This document shows positions 14,983-25,260 of a stretch of 32,000 nucleotides of DNA, piece by piece. How positions within the stretch are numbered: position 1 is the first letter of the stretch; each line of letters opens with the position of its first letter. The notes under the pieces are model-generated. The model saw only the letters and a list, made by a program, of their open reading frames with translations, was not told where the DNA came from and did not search any database. Source of the DNA: Megasphaera elsdenii DSM 20460 (GTDB taxonomy: Bacteria; Bacillota; Negativicutes; Veillonellales; Megasphaeraceae); assembly GCF_003010495.1 (NCBI RefSeq), contig NZ_CP027570.1:1140001-1172000 (forward strand). The letters are read 5' to 3'. The position numbers were made by a program, and so were the translations under genes.

Positions 14983-15138
14983 TGCGACCAGGTGGCCATA
15001 TGCTCAAGGGGCTAATGTGGCATGGTTTTGCGAACGGCGACAAACGGCACCTTAAAATTTAAATCCATCTGCTAACAACTAACAACGTAAGGGACTGTCG
15101 CACGAAGGCTTCTACTATTATGCGAGGTCCCTTTTACT

Positions 15139-15232
15139 TTATAGTTTGTAGTACGGAGTTTGTAGTTTGTAGAAGCTGGTTTTAAATTTTTTACTATTTG
15201 CTGCAAACTAAAAACTACAAACTTAAAACTCA
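15139..15232. repeat. Inverted arrays of the heptad AGTTTGT/TAGTTTG forming a long hairpin
   Basis: AGTTTGTAGTTT (15157-15168) is perfectly complementary to AAACTACAAACT (15212-15223). Both arms consist of 7-bp repeats. Confidence 0.85.
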
Positions 15233-15270
15233 AAAAGGCGCTGCCTTCATGCGACAAGCCCTTACGCACA

Positions 15271-15299
15271 TTGACGTAACCCGTTCAGGTCGCTATAAT
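15271..15299 (+). promoter_or_regulatory. tyrS promoter
   Basis: TTGACG (15271-15276), 17-nt spacer, TATAAT (15294-15299), 41 nt upstream of the ATG. Confidence 0.75.
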
Positions 15300-15340
15300 G
15301 GAGTGTAACTTATCATTTTTTATATAAAGGAGCGAATTCG

Positions 15341-16597
15341 ATGAATATCATTGATGAATTGTCTTGGCGCGGTGCCGTCAATCAGATGACAGATGAAGAA
15401 GGGTTGCGGAAGCTTACGGAAGAAAAGAGCATTTCCCTCTATTGCGGTGTCGACCCGACAGGCGACAGCATGCATATCGGCCACTTGATTCCCTTTATGA
15501 TGCTCAAACGCTTTGCCAACGCCGGCCATCATCCTTATGTCGTCATCGGCGGCGGCACCGGTGCTATCGGGGACCCGAGCGGCCGCAAGACGGAACGCCA
15601 GCTCCAGACTCTCGATAAAATCAAGGCCAATGCCGAAAAATTGAAAGCCCAGTTCATGCATCTCTTCGGCGATTCGGAAAACATCACTTTTGTCAATAAC
15701 TACGACTGGCTCAGCCAGATCAGTCTTCTCGACTTCCTCCGCGATTACGGCAAATTGTTCAGCGTCAACATCATGCTCAGCAAAGAAGTCGTCGCCAGCC
15801 GCCTGGAAGCCGGTATTTCCTTTACGGAATTTTCCTACCAGATTCTCCAGTCCATCGATTTTGAACACCTCTTCGCTCACAACGATGTCCAGCTGCAGAT
15901 CGGCGGCGCCGACCAGTGGGGCAACATCACGGCTGGTATCGACACGATCCGCAAGATCCACGGCAGCGAAGCCAAAGCCTATGGCCTGACCATTCCCCTC
16001 ATGCTGAAATCGGACGGCACCAAGTTCGGCAAGACTGCCGGCGGCGCTGTCTGGCTCGACCCGGAAAAGACGTCGCCTTTTGAATTTTATCAGTTCTGGC
16101 TCAACCAGGACGATGCGGACGTCGTCAAATACTTGAAATACTTCACCTTCCTCAGCAAGGAAGAAATCGACGCCCTGGCTGAATCGGTCGAAAAAGAACC
16201 GGAAAAACGCCTGGCCCAGCGCCGCCTGGCTGAAGAAGTCACAAAATTCGTCCACAGCCCGGAAGCTTTGAAAGAAGCTCAGAACATCACGGAAGCCCTG
16301 TATCACGGAAGCATTGCTGATCTGTCGGAACACGAATTGGAACAGGCCTTCGGCAAGATGCCGACAGTAGACGTTTCCAACGAAGAAAAAGACGTCGTCA
16401 ACTGGCTCGTCGATTCCCAGATTTATAAATCGAAGCGCCAGGCCCGCGAAGACATCACCCACGGTGCGGTCACCATCAACGGCGTCAAAGTGACGGCTCT
16501 CGACGAAATCGTCAAACCCCATAAGAACTCCAATGGCAAATTCGTCATCGTCCGCAAGGGGAAGAAGAAATACACCCTGGCCCGGGTCCATCAGTAA
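15341..16597 (+). CDS. tyrS: Tyrosyl-tRNA synthetase
   Basis: 418 aa with the HIGH motif (SMHIGHLIP), the KMSKS-equivalent KFGKT and a C-terminal S4-like domain. RBS AAGGAG. Confidence 0.97.
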   Translation: MNIIDELSWRGAVNQMTDEEGLRKLTEEKSISLYCGVDPTGDSMHIGHLIPFMMLKRFANAGHHPYVVIGGGTGAIGDPSGRKTERQLQTLDKIKANAEKLKAQFMHLFGDSENITFVNNYDWLSQISLLDFLRDYGKLFSVNIMLSKEVVASRLEAGISFTEFSYQILQSIDFEHLFAHNDVQLQIGGADQWGNITAGIDTIRKIHGSEAKAYGLTIPLMLKSDGTKFGKTAGGAVWLDPEKTSPFEFYQFWLNQDDADVVKYLKYFTFLSKEEIDALAESVEKEPEKRLAQRRLAEEVTKFVHSPEALKEAQNITEALYHGSIADLSEHELEQAFGKMPTVDVSNEEKDVVNWLVDSQIYKSKRQAREDITHGAVTINGVKVTALDEIVKPHKNSNGKFVIVRKGKKKYTLARVHQ

Positions 16598-16630
16598 TTG
16601 GAAATTTTAGGAATTTGTTAAAATTAAATA

Positions 16631-16659
16631 TTGACAGAAGCAACTTCATATGCTATAAT
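16631..16659 (+). promoter_or_regulatory. Strong consensus promoter between tyrS and rpoB
   Basis: TTGACA (16631-16636), 17-nt spacer, TATAAT (16654-16659), with an extended TG at 16651-16652. Confidence 0.75.
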
Positions 16660-16729
16660 AACTCATTGCAAAATGTTCAATTGATATTATGAGATACATG
16701 GAGGAAGCGCTTCCGGTGAGCAAAAAATT

Positions 16730-16766
16730 AAGCAAGGTTCAAATCGTCTGAGAGCCTTGCTTTTTT
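16730..16766 (+). terminator. Intrinsic terminator/attenuator in the tyrS-rpoB spacer
   Basis: AAGCAAGGTTC (16730-16740) pairs with GAGCCTTGCTT (16752-16762), 11 bp including one G-U pair. Loop 11 nt, T-run to 16766, A6 upstream. Confidence 0.7.
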
Positions 16767-16771
16767 GTCGC

Positions 16772-16799
16772 TTTACACAGCGCTGTACAACGCTATCAT
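16772..16799 (+). promoter_or_regulatory. Possible proximal rpoB promoter
   Basis: TTTACA (16772-16777), 16-nt spacer, TATCAT (16794-16799), 36 nt upstream of the rpoB ATG. Confidence 0.4.
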
Positions 16800-16834
16800 A
16801 ATGGTTTACTTTTTATAAGGGGTGAAGAATCAGC

Positions 16835-19800
16835 ATGTTCAAACCTGTACAAGTAGGGAAAAGGACTCGATACACGTATGCTAAGATTAACGAGGTCTTG
16901 AAAATGCCTCATTTGTTGGATTTACAGAATAAATCCTACGAATGGTTCCTGGAAAAGGGACTGAAAGATATCTTCAAAGACATTTCTCCCATCGAAGATG
17001 CATCGGGTAACCTGTCTTTATCCTTCGAGGATTTTAAGTTAGGGGAACCGAAGTACGACATTCGTGAATGTAAGGAACGCGATACGACATACGCCGCACC
17101 GCTCCGTGTCCAGATCCGTCTTGTCAACCACGAAACAGGTGAAATCAAGGACCAGGAAGTATTCATGGGTGACTTCCCACTGATTACCGATACAGGTACC
17201 TTCATTATCAATGGGGCAGAACGCGTTATCGTCAGCCAGCTCGTCCGTTCTCCTGGCGTCTACTATGGCCGCGAAATCGACCCGATGGGCATCCGCCTGT
17301 ACAATTCAACGGTCATCCCGAACCGCGGGGCCTGGATCGAATTGGAAACCGATGCCAATGACATCGTCTATGCCCGCATCGACCGCAACCGCAAAATCCC
17401 TGTTACGGTACTCATCCGTGCCCTGGGCTGGTCGTCCAACGCCGATATCCTGCAGCTCTTCTTCGACGATAAGCGCCTGAAGGCTACGTTTGAAAAAGAC
17501 ACGACAGAAAATCAGGACGAAGCCCTCGTTGAAATCTATAAGAAACTTCGCCCCGGTGAACCGCCGACTGTCGAAAGCGCCCGCAATCTCTTTGAAGGTC
17601 TGTTCTTCGACCCGCGCCGTTATGATATGGCCCGCGTCGGCCGTTATAAAGCCGGCAAGAAACTCGGCTGGGAACGCCGTCTCTTCGGCCTGACCCTTCA
17701 CGAACCGATCGTCAATCCGGAAACAGGGGAAGTCATCGTCGATGCCCATACGGAAATCGGCTCGGCTGAAGTCGAAAAGATCCGCGAAAGCGGTGTCTTC
17801 CACCGTGAAATTGCTGATGGCGCTCCGGCTGGTGATGGCGGCGGCTTCGTCGAAGCTTTCGTCGAAAAGCCCGACGGCTCGGTCTATAAGATTATCTGCA
17901 ACAACAGCGACCTTCCCTATGACCATCGCACCATTACCCGCGAAGACATCATCGCCCACATCAGCTATCTCCTCAACCTCATGGACGGCTTCGGCACTGT
18001 CGACGACATCGACCATCTGGGCAACCGCCGCCTGCGCTGCGTCGGCGAACTCCTGCAGAACCAGTTCCGCATCGGCCTGACCCGTATGGAACGCGTCGTC
18101 CGCGAACGCATGACCATCCAGGATGCCGAAAGCATTACGCCCCAGGTCCTGATCAACATCCGTCCTGTCGTCGCTGCTATTAAAGAATTTTTCGGTTCCA
18201 GCCAGTTGTCCCAGTTCATGGACCAGACCAACCCGCTGGCCGAAATCACACATAAACGCCGTCTGAGCGCCCTTGGCCCTGGCGGTTTGTCCCGTGAACG
18301 TGCAGGCTTCGAAGTCCGCGACGTCCATCACTCCCACTACGGCCGTATGTGCCCGGTAGAAACGCCTGAAGGCCCGAACATCGGCTTGATCTCGTCCCTG
18401 GCCTGCTTCGGGAAAGTCAACGAATTTGGCTTCATCGAAGCTCCGTACCGCCGCGTCGATAAAGAAACGGGCGTCGTCACGGAAGAGGTCCACTACATCA
18501 CGGCTGACGAAGAAGAACAGTACGTCATCGCCCAGGCTAACGAACCGCTGACCGAAGACGGCCATTTCGTCCACGAACGCGTTGCCTGCCGTCACGGTGA
18601 AGATACCCGCGAATTCCGGGCTGACCGCGTCGACTTCATGGACGTATCGCCTAAGGAAGTTGTCTCCGTCGGTACTTCCATGATCCCCTTCCTGGAAAAC
18701 GATGATGCTAACCGTGCCCTCATGGGTGCGAACATGCAGCGCCAGGCTGTGCCTTTGCTGCGCACACAGGCTCCGCTCGTCGGCACCGGCATGGAATACA
18801 AGACGGCTTGTGACTCCGGCGTCTGCGTCCTGGCTAAACACAGCGGCGTCGTATCCCGCGTTACGGGCGACACGATCCAGGTCCGCACGGATTCCGGTTC
18901 TGTCGATACGTATAAACTCATCAAATTCGTCCGCTCCAACCAGAGTACCTGCATCAACCAGCGTCCCTTGGTCTATAAGAACGAAAGGGTCGTAGAAGGC
19001 CAGGCCCTGGCTGACGGCATGGCTACCGATGGCGGCGAATTGGCTCTCGGTTACAATATCCTCGTAGCCTATATGCCTTGGGAAGGCTATAACTACGAAG
19101 ACGCCGTTCTCCTCAGTGAAGAACTCCCGAAGAACGACCTCTACACATCCATCCACATCGAAGAATACGAATGTGATGCCCGCGATACGAAACTGGGCTC
19201 GGAAGAAATTACCCGCGAAATCCCCAACGTCAGTGAAGAAAGCACGAAGAACCTCGACGAAAACGGCATCATCATGATCGGTGCCGACGTCTTCCCGGGC
19301 GACGTCCTGGTCGGTAAAGTCACGCCGAAGGGCGAAACGGAACTGACACCGGAAGAACGCCTCCTGCGCGCCATCTTCGGCGACAAAGAACGCGAAGTCC
19401 GCGATACATCGCTGCGCGTACCTCATGGCGAATCGGGTAAAGTCGTCAACGTCCGTATCTTCTCCCGTGAAAACAACGATGAACTGCCGCCTGGCGTAAA
19501 CCGCCTGGTCCGCGTCTACATCGCCCAGAAACGTAAGATCCACGAAGGCGATAAGATGGCTGGTCGTCATGGGAACAAGGGTGTCGTTTCCCGCGTCATG
19601 CGCCAGGAAGACATGCCGTTCCTGCCCGATGGCACGCCGGTACAGATCGTCTTGAACCCCTTGGGCGTACCGTCTCGTATGAATATCGGTCAGATTTTGG
19701 AAACCCACCTTGGCTGGGCTGTCCATGAATTGGGCAAACAGATCAAGGAAATGGATCCGGGTCTGGAAGAAAAACTGCGCGCTGCCGGTTATGATTTCGA

Positions 19801-20596
19801 TAAATATGGCATGCCGAAACCGGATGTCGCCGGTATCCACATTGCAACACCGGTCTTCGATGGCGCTCAGGCTGAAGACGTCTTTGAAGCCCTGAAGATC
19901 GCCGGCCTGCCGGAAGACGGTAAATCCGTCCTCTATGATGGCCGTACAGGGGAACCGATGGACCGCCGCGTCACGGTTGGTTACACGTACTTCCTCAAAC
20001 TGCATCACCTTGTCGACGACAAGATCCATGCTCGTTCGACCGGCCCGTACTCCCTGGTTACGCAGCAGCCGCTCGGTGGTAAAGCCCAGTTCGGCGGCCA
20101 GCGTTTCGGTGAAATGGAAGTCTGGGCTCTGGAAGCGTATGGCGCAGCCTATACCCTCCAGGAAATGCTGACTGTCAAGTCTGACGATGTCGTCGGCCGT
20201 GTCAAGGCTTACGAAAAGATCGTCAAAGGTGAAAATATTCCTGAACCGGGCGTACCGGAATCGTTCAAGGTCCTCCTCAAAGAACTCCAGGCTATCGGCC
20301 TCGACGTCCAGATCCTGAACGAAGACGGTGAAGAAGTCGTCATCAAGGAACTCGACGATGACGATGAAACGGAACCGGAACAGACCGATGAACTCCGCCG
20401 CGTCATGGAAGGTGAAAATGGTCCGGATACCCCGGCTGCACCGGCTGAAGACGCTCCTGCCGAAGGAGAAGAAGGCGAAGAACAGGAACCCGTCGCCAAC
20501 GGCGATGAAGATGACATCATGAGCGCTATGAGCCTCGATGCCGTCGCTGAAGCTGAACAGGCCGACGATGATGATATTACTGAAGATGATGAATAA
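16835..20596 (+). CDS. rpoB: DNA-directed RNA polymerase subunit beta
   Basis: 1253 aa. The rifampicin cluster [32 protein letters not shown] and [10 protein letters not shown] are conserved, and the C-terminal tail is acidic. Confidence 0.99.
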   Translation: MFKPVQVGKRTRYTYAKINEVLKMPHLLDLQNKSYEWFLEKGLKDIFKDISPIEDASGNLSLSFEDFKLGEPKYDIRECKERDTTYAAPLRVQIRLVNHETGEIKDQEVFMGDFPLITDTGTFIINGAERVIVSQLVRSPGVYYGREIDPMGIRLYNSTVIPNRGAWIELETDANDIVYARIDRNRKIPVTVLIRALGWSSNADILQLFFDDKRLKATFEKDTTENQDEALVEIYKKLRPGEPPTVESARNLFEGLFFDPRRYDMARVGRYKAGKKLGWERRLFGLTLHEPIVNPETGEVIVDAHTEIGSAEVEKIRESGVFHREIADGAPAGDGGGFVEAFVEKPDGSVYKIICNNSDLPYDHRTITREDIIAHISYLLNLMDGFGTVDDIDHLGNRRLRCVGELLQNQFRIGLTRMERVVRERMTIQDAESITPQVLINIRPVVAAIKEFFGSSQLSQFMDQTNPLAEITHKRRLSALGPGGLSRERAGFEVRDVHHSHYGRMCPVETPEGPNIGLISSLACFGKVNEFGFIEAPYRRVDKETGVVTEEVHYITADEEEQYVIAQANEPLTEDGHFVHERVACRHGEDTREFRADRVDFMDVSPKEVVSVGTSMIPFLENDDANRALMGANMQRQAVPLLRTQAPLVGTGMEYKTACDSGVCVLAKHSGVVSRVTGDTIQVRTDSGSVDTYKLIKFVRSNQSTCINQRPLVYKNERVVEGQALADGMATDGGELALGYNILVAYMPWEGYNYEDAVLLSEELPKNDLYTSIHIEEYECDARDTKLGSEEITREIPNVSEESTKNLDENGIIMIGADVFPGDVLVGKVTPKGETELTPEERLLRAIFGDKEREVRDTSLRVPHGESGKVVNVRIFSRENNDELPPGVNRLVRVYIAQKRKIHEGDKMAGRHGNKGVVSRVMRQEDMPFLPDGTPVQIVLNPLGVPSRMNIGQILETHLGWAVHELGKQIKEMDPGLEEKLRAAGYDFDKYGMPKPDVAGIHIATPVFDGAQAEDVFEALKIAGLPEDGKSVLYDGRTGEPMDRRVTVGYTYFLKLHHLVDDKIHARSTGPYSLVTQQPLGGKAQFGGQRFGEMEVWALEAYGAAYTLQEMLTVKSDDVVGRVKAYEKIVKGENIPEPGVPESFKVLLKELQAIGLDVQILNEDGEEVVIKELDDDDETEPEQTDELRRVMEGENGPDTPAAPAEDAPAEGEEGEEQEPVANGDEDDIMSAMSLDAVAEAEQADDDDITEDDE

Positions 20597-20622
20597 CGAG
20601 TCGATAGAAGGGAGCGGTATTA

Positions 20623-23600
20623 GTGCTTGATGTGAATGAATTCGATTCCATGCGGATTGGTCTTGCTTCGCCGGAAAAGATCCTCGAATGGTCCCACGGG
20701 GAAGTCAAGAAACCAGAAACGATCAATTACCGTACATTGAAACCGGAACGGGATGGGTTGTTCTGCGAACGCATTTTTGGGCCGACAAAGGACTGGGAAT
20801 GTCACTGCGGCAAATACAAACGTATCCGGTATAAAGGTGTCGTCTGCGACCGCTGCGGCGTCGAAGTCACGCGCGCCAAAGTCCGTCGTGAACGGATGGG
20901 CCATATTAAACTGGCTACACCGGTATCTCATATTTGGTATTTTAAAGGCATCCCCAGCCGGATGGGCCTGATCCTCGATATTTCTCCCCGTTCGCTGGAA
21001 AAAGTCTTGTACTTCGCCTCGTACATCGTCCTCGATCCGGGCGATACGCCGCTCTCCAAGCAGCAGCTGATGACGGAAACGGAATATCGTCAGTACCTGG
21101 ATATGTACGGCGATAAATTCCGCGTCGGCATGGGCGCTGCAGCTGTCAAGGAACTGCTGCAGGGCCTGGACCTGGACCAGTTGGACAAACAGCTCCGCGA
21201 TGAACTCCGCGATTCGTCGGGCCAGCGCCGCGTCCGCGCTATCCGCCGCCTGGAAGTCGTCGAAGCCTTCCGTCACTCCGGCAACAAACCGGAATGGATG
21301 ATCATGGACGTCATCCCGGTCATCCCGCCGGAACTGCGCCCGATGGTCCAGCTCGACGGCGGCCGCTTCGCTACGTCTGACCTGAACGATCTCTATCGCC
21401 GGGTCATCAACCGTAACAACCGCTTGAGCCGCCTCCTGGAACTGGGAGCGCCGGATATCATCGTCCGCAACGAAAAACGTATGCTCCAGGAAGCCGTCGA
21501 CGCCCTCATCGATAACGGCCGCCGCGGCCGTCCGGTCACGGGCCCGGGCAACCGTCCCCTCAAATCCCTGTCGGACATGCTGAAAGGGAAACAGGGCCGT
21601 TTCCGTCAGAACTTGCTCGGTAAACGTGTCGACTACTCCGGCCGTTCGGTTATCGTCGTCGGTCCGGAAATGAAGATGCACCAGTGTGGCCTGCCGAAAG
21701 AAATGGCCCTGGAACTCTTCAAGCCTTTCGTCATGAAGAAACTTGTCGAAAAGGGCATTGCTACCAATATCAAGAACGCCAAGAAGAAAGTCGAACGCGT
21801 GAACACGGAAGTATGGGACGTCCTGGAAGACGTTATCAAGGAACATCCTGTTCTCTTGAACCGTGCCCCGACACTGCATCGTCTGGGTATCCAGGCTTTC
21901 GAACCGATCCTCTGGGAAGGCCGCGCCATCAAGCTTCATCCGCTGGTCTGCACGGCATTCAACGCCGACTTCGACGGTGACCAGATGGCCTGCCATCTGC
22001 CCTTGTCCGTAGAAGCCCAGTCCGAAGCCCGGACGCTCATGCTCTCGTCGCACAACATCCTGGCTCCGAAAGACGGCAAACCGGTTGCTGTCCCGACACA
22101 GGACATGGTCCTCGGTGCTTATTACCTGACGTTGGTCAAACCGGCCGCCAAGGGCGAAGGCAAGATCTTCTCCAACTACGACGAAGTCATGCTCGCTTAC
22201 GATGCCAAGGTCATCGACATCGAAGCCCTGATCAAGGTCCGCATCCCCGGCCACGGCCTCATCGAAACGACGGCAGGCAAACTGCTCTACAACTATCAGA
22301 TCTACGAACCACTGCGCCTCTTCCATACGGATAAGGTCATGGTCTTCACGGATCCGAAAGATACGGTCTTTGCTTACGAAAACGGCCTCATCGACTGGTC
22401 CCACTTCGTCAAGATCAAAGACGAAGACGGCCATATCCATGACTATGGCTTCTCGCAGCTGAAAGAAAAATTCGGCGTCGACCTCACGGCTACGCGTCCC
22501 TTGCCGAAACGCAAGATCGACGAAGCCGCTGTCGCTGAATTCAAGAAAGATAAAGAATATGTCGACGTCAACTGCCTGGGCGTCCTCATGAGCAAGAAAC
22601 AGATCGGCAAACTCGTCGATGCCTGCTTCCACCTCGTCGGCAACACCAAGACGGCAGAACTGTTGGACAAGATCAAGGCCATCGGCTACCATTACGCCCG
22701 CCAGGCCGGTATGTCCATCGCTATTTCGGACATTCAGATCCCGGCAGAAAAATGGGATATCCTCAATGAAGCCGACAAGAAAGTCCAGAATGCCTATGCC
22801 ATGTACCAGCGCGGTTTGATTACCGAAAACGAACGCTATAACAAGAGCGTCGAAATCTGGACAAAGGCTACCAACGATGTTACGGATGTCATGATGGATA
22901 ACATGGACCCGTTCAACTCAATCTTCATGATGGCTGACTCCGGTGCTCGAGGCAGCCGCGACCAGATTCGTCAGGTTGCCGGCATGCGTGGCTTGATGGC
23001 TGACCCGTCGGGCCGTATCATCGACTTGCCGATCAAGGCGAACTTCCGCGAAGGCCTGTCCGTACTGGACTACTTCACTTCGTCTCACGGCGCCCGTAAA
23101 GGCTTGGCCGATACGGCACTGCGTACAGCTGACTCGGGTTATCTGACCCGTCGTCTCGTCGACGTTTCCCAGGACGTCATCGTCCGCGAAGATGACTGCG
23201 ACGTATTCGGCATCGACCTCGTCCGCGAACGTGCCCGTCTGGCAAGCTCTTGCCGCCAGGCTGTCAACCTCTTGCGCGACAAGCTCATCGGCCGCGTCCT
23301 GGCCCGCGATATTGCGGATCCGGAAACAGGCGACATCGTCTTCCCGGCAGAACATCTCCTGACCAACGACGATATGGATACGGTCATCGAACACCAGATC
23401 CCGAAACTCTATCTCCGCGGCAGCCAGATGGACATCAACGATGACCTGAACCACACCAATGTCATCGAAACGGTCTCCCTCGGCGCACCGGAAGAAGGTT
23501 TCCGTGCAGCTATCCGCAAATCCATGGCGGAAAACATGCTCGGCAAGACCGTCGAAAAGGCCGTCATCGATTCCAACGGCATTGAAATCTGCGCCAAAGG

Positions 23601-24879
23601 CACGCCGCTCACGGAAGATGCCATCGACCGCATCCTCAACAGCGACGTCGATGAAGTCAAGGTCCGCAACAACGACATCCGCGGCGTCGAAGTCACGGCT
23701 ATCGTCGAAGACAGCGGCAACGGCGTCATCGAATCGCTGGAAGACCGCATCGAAGGCCGTACGGCTGCTGAAACCCTGGTCAATCCGGAAACGGGTGAAG
23801 TCATCGTGGCCCTCAACGAAGAAATCATGGCTGACCAGGCCAAAGAAATCGCAAAATATTATGATAAAGTCCGGATCCGCAGCGTCCTCACCTGCCGCAG
23901 CCGTTATGGCGTCTGCGCTAAGTGCTATGGCCGTGACCTCGGTACGGGCGGCAAGGTAAATGTCGGCGAATCGGTCGGCACCATCGCTGCTCAGTCCATC
24001 GGCGAACCGGGCACACAGCTGACCATGCGTACCTTCCATACAGGCGGTGTCGCAACGGCCGGCGATATTACCCAGGGTCTTCCTCGTGTCGAAGAATTGT
24101 TTGAAGCCCGTAAGCCGAAGGGCAATGCTATCGTCACGGAAATCAGTGGGACCGTATCGATTACGGAAAAAGAAGACCACCACGATATCAATATCGTCCA
24201 CGTTACGTCCAAGGACGGCGAAGAACGGAGCTACACCATTCCCTTCGGCTCGCACCTCGTCGTACACGAAGGCGATGTCATCGAAAAGGGCAGCCGTATC
24301 ACGGCTGGCTCCATCAACCCCCACGACATCCTGCACATCCAGGGCGTCGAAGCTACCCAGCGGTACCTCGTATACGAAGTACAGAAGGTATACAAATCTC
24401 AGGGTGTTGGTATCAACGATAAGCATATCGAAGTCATCGTACGCCAGATGCTGCGCAAGATGAAGATCGAAGACGCCGGCGATGCCGATGTATTGCCGGG
24501 CGATTACATTGACGTCAATATCTTTGAAGATATGAACAAGCGCATCGTCAGCAACGGCGGCAAGCCGGCTATCGGCAAACCGATGCTCCTCGGTATCACT
24601 AAGGCCGCACTGGCAACGGATTCCTTCCTGTCGGCTGCATCCTTCCAGGAAACGACCCGTGTCCTGACCGATGCCGCTATCAAAGGCAAGATCGACCCGC
24701 TCCTGGGCCTCAAAGAAAACGTCATCATCGGTAAACTCATCCCGGCTGGTACGGGTATGAGCCGTTACCGCAAGATCAAGGTCGTAAAGACCGTCCCGTC
24801 TATCAGCTATGAAGACGAAGAAGGCAACCCCGTAGAAGCACCGGAAGGTGCCGATACGACACCGGAAGCCGGACATTAA
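20623..24879 (+). CDS. rpoC: DNA-directed RNA polymerase subunit beta-prime
   Basis: 1418 aa with a GTG start ([17 protein letters not shown]). The zinc motif CHCGKYK...CDRCGVEV, the catalytic NADFDGDQM (21961-21987) and an uninterrupted trigger loop [29 protein letters not shown] are present. Confidence 0.99.
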   Translation: MLDVNEFDSMRIGLASPEKILEWSHGEVKKPETINYRTLKPERDGLFCERIFGPTKDWECHCGKYKRIRYKGVVCDRCGVEVTRAKVRRERMGHIKLATPVSHIWYFKGIPSRMGLILDISPRSLEKVLYFASYIVLDPGDTPLSKQQLMTETEYRQYLDMYGDKFRVGMGAAAVKELLQGLDLDQLDKQLRDELRDSSGQRRVRAIRRLEVVEAFRHSGNKPEWMIMDVIPVIPPELRPMVQLDGGRFATSDLNDLYRRVINRNNRLSRLLELGAPDIIVRNEKRMLQEAVDALIDNGRRGRPVTGPGNRPLKSLSDMLKGKQGRFRQNLLGKRVDYSGRSVIVVGPEMKMHQCGLPKEMALELFKPFVMKKLVEKGIATNIKNAKKKVERVNTEVWDVLEDVIKEHPVLLNRAPTLHRLGIQAFEPILWEGRAIKLHPLVCTAFNADFDGDQMACHLPLSVEAQSEARTLMLSSHNILAPKDGKPVAVPTQDMVLGAYYLTLVKPAAKGEGKIFSNYDEVMLAYDAKVIDIEALIKVRIPGHGLIETTAGKLLYNYQIYEPLRLFHTDKVMVFTDPKDTVFAYENGLIDWSHFVKIKDEDGHIHDYGFSQLKEKFGVDLTATRPLPKRKIDEAAVAEFKKDKEYVDVNCLGVLMSKKQIGKLVDACFHLVGNTKTAELLDKIKAIGYHYARQAGMSIAISDIQIPAEKWDILNEADKKVQNAYAMYQRGLITENERYNKSVEIWTKATNDVTDVMMDNMDPFNSIFMMADSGARGSRDQIRQVAGMRGLMADPSGRIIDLPIKANFREGLSVLDYFTSSHGARKGLADTALRTADSGYLTRRLVDVSQDVIVREDDCDVFGIDLVRERARLASSCRQAVNLLRDKLIGRVLARDIADPETGDIVFPAEHLLTNDDMDTVIEHQIPKLYLRGSQMDINDDLNHTNVIETVSLGAPEEGFRAAIRKSMAENMLGKTVEKAVIDSNGIEICAKGTPLTEDAIDRILNSDVDEVKVRNNDIRGVEVTAIVEDSGNGVIESLEDRIEGRTAAETLVNPETGEVIVALNEEIMADQAKEIAKYYDKVRIRSVLTCRSRYGVCAKCYGRDLGTGGKVNVGESVGTIAAQSIGEPGTQLTMRTFHTGGVATAGDITQGLPRVEELFEARKPKGNAIVTEISGTVSITEKEDHHDINIVHVTSKDGEERSYTIPFGSHLVVHEGDVIEKGSRITAGSINPHDILHIQGVEATQRYLVYEVQKVYKSQGVGINDKHIEVIVRQMLRKMKIEDAGDADVLPGDYIDVNIFEDMNKRIVSNGGKPAIGKPMLLGITKAALATDSFLSAASFQETTRVLTDAAIKGKIDPLLGLKENVIIGKLIPAGTGMSRYRKIKVVKTVPSISYEDEEGNPVEAPEGADTTPEAGH

Positions 24880-24885
24880 GAGAGT

Positions 24886-24922
24886 AAAAAAGGCGCTGTC
24901 CCATGAAGACAGCGCCTTTTTT
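24886..24922 (+). terminator. Intrinsic terminator after rpoC
   Basis: AAAAA-AGGCGCTGTC-CCATGAA-GACAGCGCCT-TTTTTT: a 10-bp stem followed by a T6 run. Confidence 0.85.
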
Positions 24923-25180
24923 GTTGTTAGTAGTTCGTAGGGGCCGCCCAAAGGCCTTTTTGGCCCGTCAGGTGCTGACCAGTGGAAGGCGCAAGACGGC
25001 TGCCAAAACGGACAGCAGTGGCTGGCGGCCCGGCTCTCCTGGTAGGAGAGCTGTCAGCGAAGCTGACTGAGAGGTTGTTTTTTCACGAGGCTTGCTGTAT
25101 CTCATGGCGGGCCGCCCTTTGGGACGGCCCCTACGCCTTGTGGTTCACGAACCACGAACCACGAACCACGAGCCACTAGG
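24923..25180. repeat. Palindromic composite intergenic element (heptads, GTAGGGG repeat, core, inverted GTAGGGG repeat, heptads)
   Basis: GTTGTTA GTAGTTC GTAGGGG (24923-24943) leads into a degenerate repeat copy. The core at 25024-25076 matches the reverse complement of 31456-31507. An exact inverted repeat copy lies at 25107-25134. (GAACCAC)x3-4 lies at 25149-25176. Confidence 0.85.
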
Positions 25181-25231
25181 TACCGTGTAATAAAAGATGT
25201 ACTGATTACGCAGTTTTTACCCAAAAACTCA

Positions 25232-25260
25232 TTGACATATCATATTCGTGATGATAAAAT
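25232..25260 (+). promoter_or_regulatory. Promoter of the L7Ae-like/rpsL/rpsG/fusA/tuf operon
   Basis: TTGACA (25232-25237), 17-nt spacer, TAAAAT (25255-25260), with an extended TG at 25252-25253. Confidence 0.7.

Noticed and set aside
15072-15269. A 65-aa ORF on the minus strand in the nhaA-tyrS spacer.
   Set aside because: It lies entirely within heptad arrays and degraded terminator cassettes, has no RBS and translates to a repeat-derived peptide (YKLRTTNYKV). It is not credible as a gene.
16689-16751. A 20-codon ORF (MRYMEEALPVSKKLSKVQIV) in the tyrS-rpoB spacer, considered as a possible leader peptide.
   Set aside because: There is no Shine-Dalgarno sequence upstream and no codon pattern suggestive of attenuation control. 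It is kept only as a note within the promoter-terminator finding.
18200-18300. Rifampicin (rpoB cluster I) and streptomycin (rpsL K43/K88 equivalents, 25647-26018) resistance substitutions.
   Set aside because: The sequences read as wild type ([26 protein letters not shown]; [11 protein letters not shown] and [10 protein letters not shown]). There is no evidence of resistance alleles.
17306-20029. Very long antisense ORFs opposite essential genes. Examples are the 907-aa ORF opposite rpoB; 20620-22692 and 22918-24951 opposite rpoC; 28641-29972 opposite tuf; 27584-28603 and 26069-26965 opposite fusA/rpsG; 15320-16591 opposite tyrS; 3103-4518 opposite the flavodiiron gene; 4704-5795 opposite the hydrogenase-like gene; and 12826-13671 opposite fbp.
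   Set aside because: Their translations are low-complexity (rich in D, V, F, A, R), have no recognisable motifs and no RBS, and each mirrors a highly conserved sense gene. They are shadow ORFs caused by codon bias, because codons whose complements are stops are rare.
20329-20596. Highly acidic ~90-aa C-terminal tail of RpoB ([13 protein letters not shown]...[11 protein letters not shown]), considered as an unusual extension.
   Set aside because: Acidic C-terminal tails on RpoB are common in Firmicutes; B. subtilis RpoB also ends in an Asp/Glu-rich tail. It is not distinctive without comparative data.
24001-24120. A check for a proteobacterial-type SI3 insertion in the RpoC trigger loop as the cause of the 1418-aa length.
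   Set aside because: The trigger loop reads continuously as [40 protein letters not shown] with no insertion. The extra length lies upstream at 23272-23883.
24982-25179. Two small ORFs (24982-25179 plus strand, 31364-31621 minus strand) sharing the peptide PALL(V/L)GELSA(K/Q)LTER, which could be taken for a small protein family.
   Set aside because: The shared part coincides exactly with the 52-nt hairpin-forming repeat core. Outside it the ORFs are unrelated. There is no RBS, and both overlap GTAGGGG repeats. They are translation artefacts of a DNA repeat.
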